Source of the DNA: a virus | Lineage: Duplodnaviria > Caudoviricetes | Reading direction: 5' to 3' (one strand) | Virus record (IMG/VR): IMGVR_UViG_3300028888_000119 | Location: 1 to 64,000 of that record | DNA: 64,000 nt | Translations under genes and position numbers: made by a program | Shown: piece by piece, positions 1 through 9,226 of the stretch | How positions within the stretch are numbered: position 1 is the stretch's first letter | Layout of the letters: every line of letters begins with the position of its first letter | Notes under the pieces: generated by a model | What the model saw: the letters and a program-made list of their open reading frames with translations, nothing else | Database searches by the model: none | Told to the model about the DNA's origin: nothing

Positions 1-3000
1 TAATTAAAAAGCGGCGCGATGTGTCTTTCATCCGCTCTACGATGCCGTAGTACTCTTCTTGCATTTTGTGGAGTTGCTCACCAGCATCATCTGCAACATC
101 AATACCAATAACGAGTTTCTTCTCGTCAGACTTGAAAATATCGCCAGAACGTATAATACTATCTACATACGAATCAAGTTCGCTAGGGGACAGTACATCA
201 CCATTTGGTAGAATGGGTGTAACCAAAAGATTATGCTTCCCCTCGGAATCTTCAAAATCATATGTTGATGTAAAAACGGTAGCAATGCCCTCTCCAGCCT
301 CCTTCCATCCGCGCTTGACAAGTTCTGCCGCATCAACCAATGGTCGAGCGAGAAGATCCGCATTGGACGAGGAGAATGTCTTTTTCATTTGTTCCCCAAT
401 TGCATCCAGGTTCAATTTGTCTGCTATTTCATCACCTTTTAGCAACTGTGGAAATGTATTCTTTATATCACTGCCAAGATCAGATAAATTCTCATTAAGC
501 AGACGCTCCTTTGCGGCTTTCGCCAAATTATATTCTGCGATGGCGGAATCTTTTTTCTTTTTTATTTGCTCATCATAGACATCATTTTGTTTTGTTAGTG
601 CATCAATTGTCGCATATGCATCTTTTATTGCTGTTTTATTTCGATCTTTTTCGGATTTCGCCATTTCCTCATTAATAACTCCTTGGGCTTTCCATATCTT
701 TTCTTTAACCCCTTCGCTCCACAATTCGTTATTAGTAAGATTGTTTGCTTGCCTATCTGCTTCTTTGATAGACTCGGCTGCGTTTTTCATTTTTTCGTCA
801 ATGGCCTTCCCGATGTCGGAAACGGATGACATATTTAACAGCTCTTGTTCCGTGAACAGGCCATCAAATTCTGAAGCAATAATACTCTTCATGCCTTGAG
901 GGACATTAACAGGATCAACCGTCGGGCGGATTTGTATGTTCATGTTATACTTTCCATTAAGCCTCTCGATCCACGCCTCCTTCAACCATTCATCCCATTG
1001 GTTTTCAGCGAAGATTTTGTCTATTGCCATCTTTATTGTTATCTCATCTTGACCCTTGAATGAGCCGACAGTCTTTTCGAATTCTCTTTGTACTTCATCA
1101 AGTTTATTCTCGAATTGTATTAGTTCGCTCGTCATCGGTTTAAAGCTCTTCATTGCGCCAGAAAGTATGAACTGGTCAGACTGAGCATATTGCCTAATTT
1201 TTTCGTAATTCTTGATTAATCGCATTTGATATTCATACTCGGACTCGTTGCGCCGTTTCCCCGCTATCGCTAATTTGGCGTCTTCCCCGATCGATTCGGA
1301 CAGAAGCGTATAAAACCTTTCGTATTCAATTTCTAGTTTATCGAGATAATCAGACATTGCACTAACATCTTGACGGAATGATTTATTGCTCGTCATTTTA
1401 ACGAATGCTGATGTCAGTTGTTTTATATCTGTCGATAAATTGTCCCCGGCAAAGTGGATTCCAAGTATACTCGCCTCCCAAGAATTTGCGACTTCTGCCA
1501 CATTTCGACCCCATTCTCTTGTCAATTCATTTGCCTTATTAAGTTGCTCAAGCCACGAATTGACGAAATCGTCTATATTCTCCGTATTCAGTAAAGAAAG
1601 GTCGAAATCACCGCCGAGACCAAATTTTTTGAGCATCTCAACTACCTTCTGAGCATATTCGAGTTTCTGACCAAAACTTGCAGCTTCCTTTGTCGCGCGC
1701 CTTTGCGAATCCTCAACATCATTAATTGCCTTTTGAATTCTTCGGTACGCATTTTCAATTGACATGAGCGACATTTCCTGCTCTTGATATGCTTTGTCTA
1801 CCTTCTGAATCGCCTCTACCTGTGATTTATGCGCGGATATAAGACCAGTGATTGCAGACACGGCAGCAGAGATTGCAGCAATCGGCCAAAAAGCGGCAAT
1901 AGCCGAACCAACAGAAGTGAAAAATGTTCTTATGGACGTTCCCCAAACTTTCATCCTAATCTGGAACGCGCTCATTTTTTTTATCGCGTTCATTTGGGTA
2001 TTTGTCAAAATGCCAGTCTGGCGTATCGCTTCTGTAATGGCTTTATTGTCCTTATTCCTCCAGAAGACCATCATGGCTTGAGACTGCGTCATCTTGTCCA
2101 TTGCAAAGATGCGCTTATAATCCTCAACATTCATTTTCCGAATCGTTGCGATTCTTCTTTGATCAGCCTTCGTCAATTGGTCGGTTCGAGATGCCAGTTT
2201 TATTTGTTCTATCTGCTGCTGCTTTTCAAGTTTTATTTGCCTGACGATTGCACTCTGCTGTAAATTATAGAAAGGAATCACCCCTTTTACTGCCGCCCTG
2301 TAAGCCAAATAAGAAAAGACAGCAACATTTACGACACTAGCAATCCGCTCCCAGTTTTTAACAAGAGTTGATATTAATCTAATCCAGTCGGTCATCGCCT
2401 CGTTTACAAGAGAAGTCCGTCCCATCTCGTCGTAAGCAATAGAGATGACATCCTTCAACTTCATCCATTGTCCCTTGAGGGTCTCCGACTGTTTTAACTG
2501 CATCTGGTAGAAGATGCCTCCAGCATTTGTCATATCCTCGAAGATTTCCTCAATCATCGCGAACGGGACAGCCCGTTCCGATATTAATTCGAAAACTTCT
2601 CCGGTCGAAACCAACTCCCCGCGAAGGGCGCTGAATTTTTTCGCCAAAAGATCCACCAAAGGAATTCCGGCCTCAGTAAACTGCCTCAGCTCTTGTCCTC
2701 GGAGCACAGATGCTGCACGAACTTGGCCGTATGCAAGAACAAGTCTCGACATATCTACGCCAAGACCTGCGGATACATCTGCCAGCCGCATCGTCACATC
2801 AAAAAGTTTGTCGGTCTCAATCCTATATGCCGACAACTGTTTCGTGAAAGACACAAGGTCTTTAATTTCGAATGGAGACTGCACTGCTGCCGCTTTTATT
2901 TCCGCGAATAATTGGTTCGCGCGCGTCATGTCTTGGATTATACCACCAAGAGCAACCCGCTGCATCTCAAACTCGGCAGTAGTCTCCCTCACATTCCTTA

Positions 3001-3541
3001 TTAATCGGATACCGGCCAAAGCAACAGTATACGCGGAAAAATAACCGACAAGACCCCTCATAATTCCGCCTTGGGCTCGCAGACCGGCGTTTGTCGTTGC
3101 TATGGCAGAATTCGCCTTCTGACCTGCGATTGTTGCCTCATTCCCGATTCTTGCAATACTTGCCGCTGTCCTATCGATAACGCTACCACCGCGCAACTTC
3201 GATTCAAGCGCCGAATATGCCGCAAGCAATTCCCGGGCCCCTTTCGTCAACCCCTTCGCTGGATTTAATTTTCCGGCCGCGTCCATAGATTCAAGTCGCC
3301 CACGGACATCTCCTAACGCAGTTCGTAATTCCTTTGCGGAAATCGTTGAACTTTTTAGTATGTCGGAAAGACTCCTAACAGCCGTCGTAACACCCTTTTT
3401 ATCTATCGCTGTAGTGATGTCCAAATTAAGAGTCTTTTTGCTAAGTCTTTGCTGAAGAGGCTTCATAACGACATCAACTCTCTGGGCCGCCTCTTTAAAC
3501 GCCTTATCTATATCGATAACTACAGGAATTTCTACTGCCAT
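1..3541 (-). CDS. Tail tape measure protein (partial, continues past left edge, >1180 aa)
   Basis: Absent from the ORF track because it has no stop in the window. ATG at 3541 gives MAVEIPVVIDID; spot checks at 2698 (GQELRQFTEAGIP) and 229 (LLVTPILPNG) are in the same frame. Tape-measure-type segment QSPFEIKDLVSFTKQLSAY...LAYGQVRAASVLRGQELRQ; follows tail chaperones. Confidence 0.9.
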   Translation of the reverse strand, partial: MAVEIPVVIDIDKAFKEAAQRVDVVMKPLQQRLSKKTLNLDITTAIDKKGVTTAVRSLSDILKSSTISAKELRTALGDVRGRLESMDAAGKLNPAKGLTKGARELLAAYSALESKLRGGSVIDRTAASIARIGNEATIAGQKANSAIATTNAGLRAQGGIMRGLVGYFSAYTVALAGIRLIRNVRETTAEFEMQRVALGGIIQDMTRANQLFAEIKAAAVQSPFEIKDLVSFTKQLSAYRIETDKLFDVTMRLADVSAGLGVDMSRLVLAYGQVRAASVLRGQELRQFTEAGIPLVDLLAKKFSALRGELVSTGEVFELISERAVPFAMIEEIFEDMTNAGGIFYQMQLKQSETLKGQWMKLKDVISIAYDEMGRTSLVNEAMTDWIRLISTLVKNWERIASVVNVAVFSYLAYRAAVKGVIPFYNLQQSAIVRQIKLEKQQQIEQIKLASRTDQLTKADQRRIATIRKMNVEDYKRIFAMDKMTQSQAMMVFWRNKDNKAITEAIRQTGILTNTQMNAIKKMSAFQIRMKVWGTSIRTFFTSVGSAIAAFWPIAAISAAVSAITGLISAHKSQVEAIQKVDKAYQEQEMSLMSIENAYRRIQKAINDVEDSQRRATKEAASFGQKLEYAQKVVEMLKKFGLGGDFDLSLLNTENIDDFVNSWLEQLNKANELTREWGRNVAEVANSWEASILGIHFAGDNLSTDIKQLTSAFVKMTSNKSFRQDVSAMSDYLDKLEIEYERFYTLLSESIGEDAKLAIAGKRRNESEYEYQMRLIKNYEKIRQYAQSDQFILSGAMKSFKPMTSELIQFENKLDEVQREFEKTVGSFKGQDEITIKMAIDKIFAENQWDEWLKEAWIERLNGKYNMNIQIRPTVDPVNVPQGMKSIIASEFDGLFTEQELLNMSSVSDIGKAIDEKMKNAAESIKEADRQANNLTNNELWSEGVKEKIWKAQGVINEEMAKSEKDRNKTAIKDAYATIDALTKQNDVYDEQIKKKKDSAIAEYNLAKAAKERLLNENLSDLGSDIKNTFPQLLKGDEIADKLNLDAIGEQMKKTFSSSNADLLARPLVDAAELVKRGWKEAGEGIATVFTSTYDFEDSEGKHNLLVTPILPNGDVLSPSELDSYVDSIIRSGDIFKSDEKKLVIGIDVADDAGEQLHKMQEEYYGIVERMKDTSRRFLI

Positions 3542-3543
3542 AA

Positions 3544-3864
3544 CTATATGTGTTTTAGAATGTGATCTTGTATTTCTTCCAATGACTCTGGTGCTTTTTT
3601 ACGACCTCCGAATCCGAATCCCTTGAGCATTTCGTCCAGTTCTTCTTGTGTCTTAACCGTATCCTCCCATCTTGCCTCTCTGGCAATTTGCTCGTAATCG
3701 TAGTCGAAGTAGCCCTTGTCAATCAGCATCATCTGGACTTGGTTCGCGGAGTCTATGTACCAATACTTTAGCCATGACCAGAAACCGTAGTTCCCATAGA
3801 TGTGCTTGATCTTCTCGTTGTCGGATGACGCTTCGAAGAACGAGCCTATTTGTCGTCCTCTTTT
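3544..3864 (-). CDS. Tail assembly chaperone frameshift extension (lambda gpT-like segment)
   Basis: -1 frame relative to 3846..4379, open from about 4030 to TAG at 3544, first ATG only at 3732; ...FFEASSDNEKIKHIYGNYGFWSWLKYWYIDSANQVQMMLIDKG...; sits between chaperone and TMP. Confidence 0.7.
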   Translation of the reverse strand, partial: KRGRQIGSFFEASSDNEKIKHIYGNYGFWSWLKYWYIDSANQVQMMLIDKGYFDYDYEQIAREARWEDTVKTQEELDEMLKGFGFGGRKKAPESLEEIQDHILKHI

Positions 3865-4379
3865 ATCCCGAAAGCGTCCTTCTCCAACATATTTGCCACG
3901 CTCTCCATTTTCTCTGCATATTGTTTGATGCCTTCGCCAACCAGCCTCGTAGAGAGAGCGAGTGCTTGCTTTGTAAGTTGCCAGTTGGCCAAGAAAAAAT
4001 CCACATCTTTGCTGACGACTCCCGCTTCGTTAATTCTATAGGTCACTTCGTTGTCTTTCAGATCAAGAAGATGCCATTTAATCCAGAACAGAAATGGAAC
4101 AAACAATGCCCAGTTCCCGAGAAGATAGTATGCAGCCGTCTTGCTGTGGAGCGTACGGATTTTTGTATCAATCTTCTTCGCCCGCTTCAGAGAAACGCCT
4201 TGTTTTCCCTCTTGCTCAAGGACATACGCCTCTTTCTCCAGAATGCTGATTCTCCTCCGGATTGTATTGCTGACCTGCTTAACGCGGTACATTTTCGTGC
4301 CAACAAAGATACTGCAAGGTGCCCTCAGTTCAACCTTGGCGTCACCTTGTAGCAGTTTTTCTACATTGCTTTCTGACAT
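3846..4379 (-). CDS. Tail assembly chaperone (gpG-like)
   Basis: 177 aa between major tail protein and TMP, overlapping -1 frame ORF. Confidence 0.7.
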   Translation of the reverse strand: MSESNVEKLLQGDAKVELRAPCSIFVGTKMYRVKQVSNTIRRRISILEKEAYVLEQEGKQGVSLKRAKKIDTKIRTLHSKTAAYYLLGNWALFVPFLFWIKWHLLDLKDNEVTYRINEAGVVSKDVDFFLANWQLTKQALALSTRLVGEGIKQYAEKMESVANMLEKDAFGIKEDDK

Positions 4380-4393
4380 ACGGTTTTGAATTT

Positions 4394-4421
4394 AAAAAGG
4401 GACGGGCGCAATGCCCGCCCC
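4394..4421 (-). terminator. Intrinsic terminator after major tail gene
   Basis: GGGGCGGGC-ATTGC-GCCCGTCCC then TTTTT on minus strand. Confidence 0.7.
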
Positions 4422-4446
4422 TCCGAGAGAATAGTTATATGAAGGT

Positions 4447-5028
4447 TTAAGCGGCCTTCTCGATGATCATACCGGTCGAGAGAACGGGCTTGTTCGTAGA
4501 CTCATCGCGAACATCTACCTGCTCTGCAAGAACCACGGCGTGGATGCGGTAAAGACCGTCGGACAGCGTGATGTTAGCGGTAATCTTAGCCTTCGGATAG
4601 ACCCAAGCACGACCCATTTCGTCGTTCAGGACGGCGATGGGGCGGGTGATAACCGGAAGAGACGTACCGAAGCCGACGCCGGCGACATTACCGTCAAACA
4701 GCGAGGCCATGGTGGTCCCAGTAAGGTCGTCACCGGCGAGGAATGTCTTCACCATCAGCAGAGAGGTGGAGGCAATATCGAATGAGAAACCGAGGGTACC
4801 TGCGGTCACACGGGCCGTGATAAGGTTACCCTGCTCGTCCAGAATCTGGTCGGTGTTCACATCTTCACCTTCCCAGGTAGTCGAGTCCTGCACGATCTGA
4901 CCGAGAGATTTCGGATTGGTCAGCGACGCCAAGGTCGCTTCGTCATAGTTGGTAATTGCGTCGAAAATCACCAAGTCCCCCTGTCCAGCAAACAGGGTTC
5001 CTGCGCTTTCAAGTTTAGAAATAGCCAT
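4447..5028 (-). CDS. Major tail tube protein
   Basis: 193 aa, beta-rich acidic, position after tail terminator, followed by terminator. Confidence 0.75.
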   Translation of the reverse strand: MAISKLESAGTLFAGQGDLVIFDAITNYDEATLASLTNPKSLGQIVQDSTTWEGEDVNTDQILDEQGNLITARVTAGTLGFSFDIASTSLLMVKTFLAGDDLTGTTMASLFDGNVAGVGFGTSLPVITRPIAVLNDEMGRAWVYPKAKITANITLSDGLYRIHAVVLAEQVDVRDESTNKPVLSTGMIIEKAA

Positions 5029-5030
5029 AG

Positions 5031-5483
5031 TTATTCAGTATTAAAATTGTTTGTCGTATGCCACCTCAAGTTCAAAGAGGTGACGGAATATCCCGAAGTT
5101 TGATTCGGTGTCGTGGGAGTTATAAAGCGTTCGGCGTCATACCTATAGTGGTAATGATCGGTTGTCTGATTCTCCAATAGTTCATCGAACTGTGCAAGAA
5201 CCCTTTTTACACGATTTTTCTTAACGGAGCCGTCGTCATTTAACCGACAGTAAAGATTCACCATCATATATCCCCTTGCGAAGTCGGCATCCATTCCAAC
5301 GCCCTCTATGTCGCCATTGATGTACACGACAATGAAATCGTCCTCGAGGCCGTTGGTCGGTCGCTCCCAGTCGGAGTAAACTTTGACGATGCGAGACCCG
5401 CCGCCAGACAATCCAACGCGGATCTTGCCCTGCAAAAAGTTCGCAAGGGCAACATCTGGCTGTATGGAGGAAGGAGTAATCAT
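5031..5483 (-). CDS. Tail terminator/completion protein (putative)
   Basis: 150 aa; synteny; DDFIVVYINGDI...MMVNLYCR beta pattern. Confidence 0.6.
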   Translation of the reverse strand: MITPSSIQPDVALANFLQGKIRVGLSGGGSRIVKVYSDWERPTNGLEDDFIVVYINGDIEGVGMDADFARGYMMVNLYCRLNDDGSVKKNRVKRVLAQFDELLENQTTDHYHYRYDAERFITPTTPNQTSGYSVTSLNLRWHTTNNFNTE

Positions 5484-6080
5484 TTACTTTCTAGGCTTGA
5501 ATATACGACTTCTGTTACGACCGGAGAATTCATCGCTATAAATAAATTCCTCTATTTTTGCGGCGAACTGGTTGTTCAATTCTTCCAGGAATCCTGTATG
5601 ACGAGACGACTCATTAACTTTCCTTGCGTACGGCACACCGACAATAAGTTGGGCTTGGAGACCTGGCAGAAAAACATGCTCAGCGTTTGCGATTTCTTGC
5701 CTTGCCCATTCTGCCCCAATAATTCTATTGTGAACAGAGCCATCGCCACGGCTGGTATGCTGGGGCGTAGACGATGCTTTTTCCGGCATATATCTAATAG
5801 ATATGGTTTTGTTTTTCTGTGCAATACGAGTGGCAATACTATCATGGAGGTGACCATAATACCAAGGATGCCACCGGTCTCCGCCAAACTTTGCACCGTT
5901 CTTTAAAGTGGTGCTGTGCGGCCATTCTGCGTCCGTCTCACGAAGCCAATTCTCGGACTCCTCTGTCATACGACGAGCGGCAAATGCCGTGATTTGCTCA
6001 CCGCAGTCCATCAAGGCATTCGAGAAAGCAGCGGAAAACTTTTTCCAACTCGCAAGATTCCCTTTCGCAGTAATTGCCAT
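5484..6080 (-). CDS. Neck/tail completion protein (putative)
   Basis: Start refined to MAITAKG (ATG 6080, 2 nt after upstream stop); HPWYYGHLHDSI and IVGVPYARKVN motifs typical of neck proteins. Confidence 0.6.
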   Translation of the reverse strand: MAITAKGNLASWKKFSAAFSNALMDCGEQITAFAARRMTEESENWLRETDAEWPHSTTLKNGAKFGGDRWHPWYYGHLHDSIATRIAQKNKTISIRYMPEKASSTPQHTSRGDGSVHNRIIGAEWARQEIANAEHVFLPGLQAQLIVGVPYARKVNESSRHTGFLEELNNQFAAKIEEFIYSDEFSGRNRSRIFKPRK

Positions 6081-6082
6081 AC

Positions 6083-6418
6083 CTAGTCCCCCTTCGCCTG
6101 TTTTAGTTCGATTCTTGTAACCTTGACGCCAGCACGCCACGGGAGATTAACATCTCGCACAATAGAAACTACCGACTCGATGGTCCTTCCGCTTTCCGTT
6201 TCGATGGTCACAAAGTCGTTAATTGCGATGAGTACATCGTTGTTCTCGATGAATACCGTTGGAGCACGGGTGATGATGGACCGCGAGTAACCAGAACCGC
6301 CTTCTTCGTAAAGGCAGGCCCCGTCGTAAATAACCTCGCGTTCCGGGTTGTCATAGTCGTCCTTGACACCAGTTTCGCGACTGATTACGCAATTGTCCCT
6401 GAACCCGATAAACTCCAT
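6083..6418 (-). CDS. Head closure / head-tail adaptor (putative)
   Basis: 111 aa, synteny, DDYDNP...YDGAC motif. Confidence 0.6.
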   Translation of the reverse strand: MEFIGFRDNCVISRETGVKDDYDNPEREVIYDGACLYEEGGSGYSRSIITRAPTVFIENNDVLIAINDFVTIETESGRTIESVVSIVRDVNLPWRAGVKVTRIELKQAKGD

Positions 6419-6819
6419 TATATTCTTCTTAAACTAGTAGCGTCATACATTTCGCTCGAAGAATCGTCATCTTCGACTTCGTATCCCCATTTAAGGCGGA
6501 GGGCGTCACCCATAGACTTGAAGCGAGCCCTATCCGCCATTGTTATAGTATATCCGCCCCTTGAGGCACGGACATCACCCACTTGTTCGGAATGACCACC
6601 TCCCGCAAAAACTCCCAACACCGAATAGTAGATTGTTGAAGAGGCGTAGTCTAGCCGTCTTTGGAAATCCTCGTCGTCGTCTTCATAGTCGTCGATATCA
6701 TCGTCGACCTCTAGACGCTCGAGGTGAGCCTCAATAGGGCTACGCGCTGCCCTGGCAATAACATTGTCCTGCAGGTCCAGTCCAGGAACGAGACTACGCA
6801 AATACTCTTCAACAGTCAT
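6418..6819 (-). CDS. Head-tail connector (putative)
   Basis: 133 aa directly after capsid gene; helical. Confidence 0.6.
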   Translation of the reverse strand: MTVEEYLRSLVPGLDLQDNVIARAARSPIEAHLERLEVDDDIDDYEDDDEDFQRRLDYASSTIYYSVLGVFAGGGHSEQVGDVRASRGGYTITMADRARFKSMGDALRLKWGYEVEDDDSSSEMYDATSLRRI

Positions 6820-6821
6820 AA

Positions 6822-8039
6822 CTACTTCGTTTTGAAAAGGAACATGTCACGAGGACGGGTAGGAACACACAGAACGGTGAGCTCGGAAACCCAATCCTGG
6901 TATTTGGTACGAGGGTCGTAGCGATACTCGATGATTCCGTGACCGCCAAAGATGGTCGTGCTGATTGCACTAGGATCCGGACGGAGCGGAACGACGTTCT
7001 TTTTCACACCAACCTTGCCGGAAGGACGGATGCAATAGACATCCTTATTGAAGGCCCAGAGTTTGTTGCGGACAAGTTTCTTGTTCGTATTATCCCAGAC
7101 CTCAACACCACAGCGGGTCTTGTTGAAGATGACCTCATCAGCACCAATAATAGCCTTAAAGGCGGCTTTGACGGCATCATCGGATGCGGTAGCCGCGATG
7201 GCCTTGGCAGTATTCGCGGCATCGGCGGTGACTCCGGCAGAGACAAGCAGAGAAGGAGTCAGCTGGTAGCCAATTGCGATCTGCCACTTGCTATGCTTCA
7301 TATCCTCAAAGAAAGAGGTTTCGTTTACCTCGACGGTCACCGAGTCATAGACCTCTTTCGCGTCGCGCACAGCCTTCTTCAGATCGTTGACCGGGTCAGA
7401 CGTGCTGCCTTCGGTGGTCTTGTCGGCGTTGGTGAACCAACGATTGTTTCCGGTAAGAGTGGTGATGTTTGCCTGGGGAATCTGAGCGCTGAAGGTGATA
7501 TTCTGGATACCGCGCGGGTTGTTGGTATTGGTGAGCGTAACCTCACCAGCGGACTTCATCTGGCCAACCTGGTAGGAGATGGAGCCGATATGGGCATCCT
7601 GGATCTCGGACAGACCGCCAAACAGAAGTTTCGCGAGATAATTGTTGATGCTTTCGGCGGGAGACTGGTTCATAAAGGTTGCAGCAACATTGAGGTTCTG
7701 CAGCGTGATCAGTTCCTTACGATAGTCGTTTTCGCCGAGTTCCCAGCGGGCTTTCTGGCGAGGGATGGAACCGCTAAGGGTATTGAATCCTTTCGTTCCA
7801 AGGGGAATAGGATCGGAGTTGAGGTCAACATAGGTAGCCATCACCTTGATCTGATCCTCGACCTCAAGCATCTTGTAGTCGAAATCAATCTGAGGGGTGT
7901 CCCACTCTTCAAAACCGATTTCATTGAGGTTCTGGTCTTCACGACGAGACAGAACCTGCAGGTAATACGCCATAAAGGCGTCGGACGAAGTGATGCCGTT
8001 CGAGGCCATCAGTGTGTCCAAGCCAAAGTACTGATTCAT
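6822..8039 (-). CDS. Major capsid protein
   Basis: 405 aa after scaffold and decoration genes; C-terminal QDWVSELTVLCVP resembles the end of lambda gpE-like capsid proteins. Confidence 0.85.
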   Translation of the reverse strand: MNQYFGLDTLMASNGITSSDAFMAYYLQVLSRREDQNLNEIGFEEWDTPQIDFDYKMLEVEDQIKVMATYVDLNSDPIPLGTKGFNTLSGSIPRQKARWELGENDYRKELITLQNLNVAATFMNQSPAESINNYLAKLLFGGLSEIQDAHIGSISYQVGQMKSAGEVTLTNTNNPRGIQNITFSAQIPQANITTLTGNNRWFTNADKTTEGSTSDPVNDLKKAVRDAKEVYDSVTVEVNETSFFEDMKHSKWQIAIGYQLTPSLLVSAGVTADAANTAKAIAATASDDAVKAAFKAIIGADEVIFNKTRCGVEVWDNTNKKLVRNKLWAFNKDVYCIRPSGKVGVKKNVVPLRPDPSAISTTIFGGHGIIEYRYDPRTKYQDWVSELTVLCVPTRPRDMFLFKTK

Positions 8040-8043
8040 AGTT

Positions 8044-8415
8044 CTACTCGTTTACAAAGGTGATACCAGGAAGAAGCGCCTTGACGGCGGCGGAAATGGA
8101 AGGGATGCGGTTAGCAAGAACCTGCCCCTTAGTAACGACAGTGCCAGTAGCACCGACATTGCCAATGTAGACATCCTCCAGAAGGAGACCAGTCACGCCA
8201 GTCTCGGGAGCAGCCGCGTCAGCAGCGAGGACAGTCGCCTCGCCTCCCATTTTCGCAACATACACGACAGAACCAGCCGGAATGGTTGTACCCTGAGTCT
8301 GATTGTTCAGAGTGCATCCGGCGGGATAAAACTCGTCCGTGTGAAGCCAAATGGGAACCTTTCCGGCAGCATAACTCTGTGAGTCTTTGTTGAAAGAGTT
8401 ACCGTAATTTTTCAT
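8044..8415 (-). CDS. Head decoration protein (putative)
   Basis: 123 aa Gly/Ala/Val-rich, TIPAGS...GLLLEDV...VVTKG, between scaffold and capsid genes. Confidence 0.7.
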   Translation of the reverse strand: MKNYGNSFNKDSQSYAAGKVPIWLHTDEFYPAGCTLNNQTQGTTIPAGSVVYVAKMGGEATVLAADAAAPETGVTGLLLEDVYIGNVGATGTVVTKGQVLANRIPSISAAVKALLPGITFVNE

Positions 8416-8437
8416 GGGTCACAACTTTAAGTTAAAC

Positions 8438-9130
8438 TTATTTCTTTTCTCCGGGGATGAGACCCTCCGATTCGAGATAAGCCGCTTGCTTGGAGAAATC
8501 AAAGTTTCCGTTTCCTCCATCTTCTGACTCGAACGGTTTTGTGGCATCTGCGCCCTTGCGCTGCACATACTTGTTAAAGAACTCCGTAGCCTTTCCGGCC
8601 AACTCATCGGCTGTCATCGTATCCCCCTTCGCTTCGTTCAGCTCGAAAGCGCGATCCCATGCGTCTTCTGCTTCGTCCTTGAACTTTTCAGTCCATTTGT
8701 TCTCGAAGAATTTCGATTTTGCAAGGGACTTCGCTTCTTTGGCTGATGTCTGCGATTTAAACGCCTCGAAAGCGTCCTGAACCGGCTTAACTGCAGCGGC
8801 GACTGCGTCAGCAATAATCTTGGCGATGTCCTGCTTCTGCGGGTCGGGGTCTTGGTTAGGATCCGGGTCTGGATCTTTTTCGGGATGTTTTGCCTTGTAG
8901 TCGTCGTGTTCGCGCTGCAGGTCGGTTCTCTTTTGAATCTCCCCGTCGCGCATCCTCTGCAACTCCTTGGCGATTAAGTCCATCGTTGCGACATCTGAAA
9001 TGCTCGCCTCAATGTCCTCCTCTTTGGTGACTGTCTCTTCTTTTGCTGAGGCGATCCGGTCCCAAGCCTCGTTGCTCAATCCAAAGTGTTTAAACTTCGT
9101 CTTGAGCGCTTCTGCAATTTTCTTTTTCAT
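8438..9130 (-). CDS. Capsid scaffolding protein (putative)
   Basis: 230 aa charged helical protein with DPDPDPNQDPDP linker, upstream of capsid genes. Confidence 0.65.
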   Translation of the reverse strand: MKKKIAEALKTKFKHFGLSNEAWDRIASAKEETVTKEEDIEASISDVATMDLIAKELQRMRDGEIQKRTDLQREHDDYKAKHPEKDPDPDPNQDPDPQKQDIAKIIADAVAAAVKPVQDAFEAFKSQTSAKEAKSLAKSKFFENKWTEKFKDEAEDAWDRAFELNEAKGDTMTADELAGKATEFFNKYVQRKGADATKPFESEDGGNGNFDFSKQAAYLESEGLIPGEKK

Positions 9131-9161
9131 ATATATATCGGTTAGAATTTAATTCTTGCCA

Positions 9162-9191
9162 CAAAAATAACAAAAAAGTTTTATTTACAAA
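9162..9191 (-). promoter_or_regulatory. Bacteroidota-type promoter for head operon
   Basis: TATTTTTG (-7, 9169-9162) and TTTG (9191-9188), 18-nt spacing. Confidence 0.55.
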
Positions 9192-9226
9192 AGGGCGGCA
9201 TAAAATTAGCAAATAATACAACCCAT

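Noticed and set aside
1-3541. No long ORF in the track over 3.5 kb, suggesting stop-codon recoding or a non-coding region
   Set aside because: It is the tape measure gene running off the window edge in one frame; TAG is used as a normal stop throughout, so no evidence of recoding.
6939-8063. 374-aa plus-strand ORF and other long antisense ORFs (for example 54400..55473, 47598..48401, 33610..34260)
   Set aside because: Shadows of strongly biased real genes on the opposite strand; no motifs or start context.
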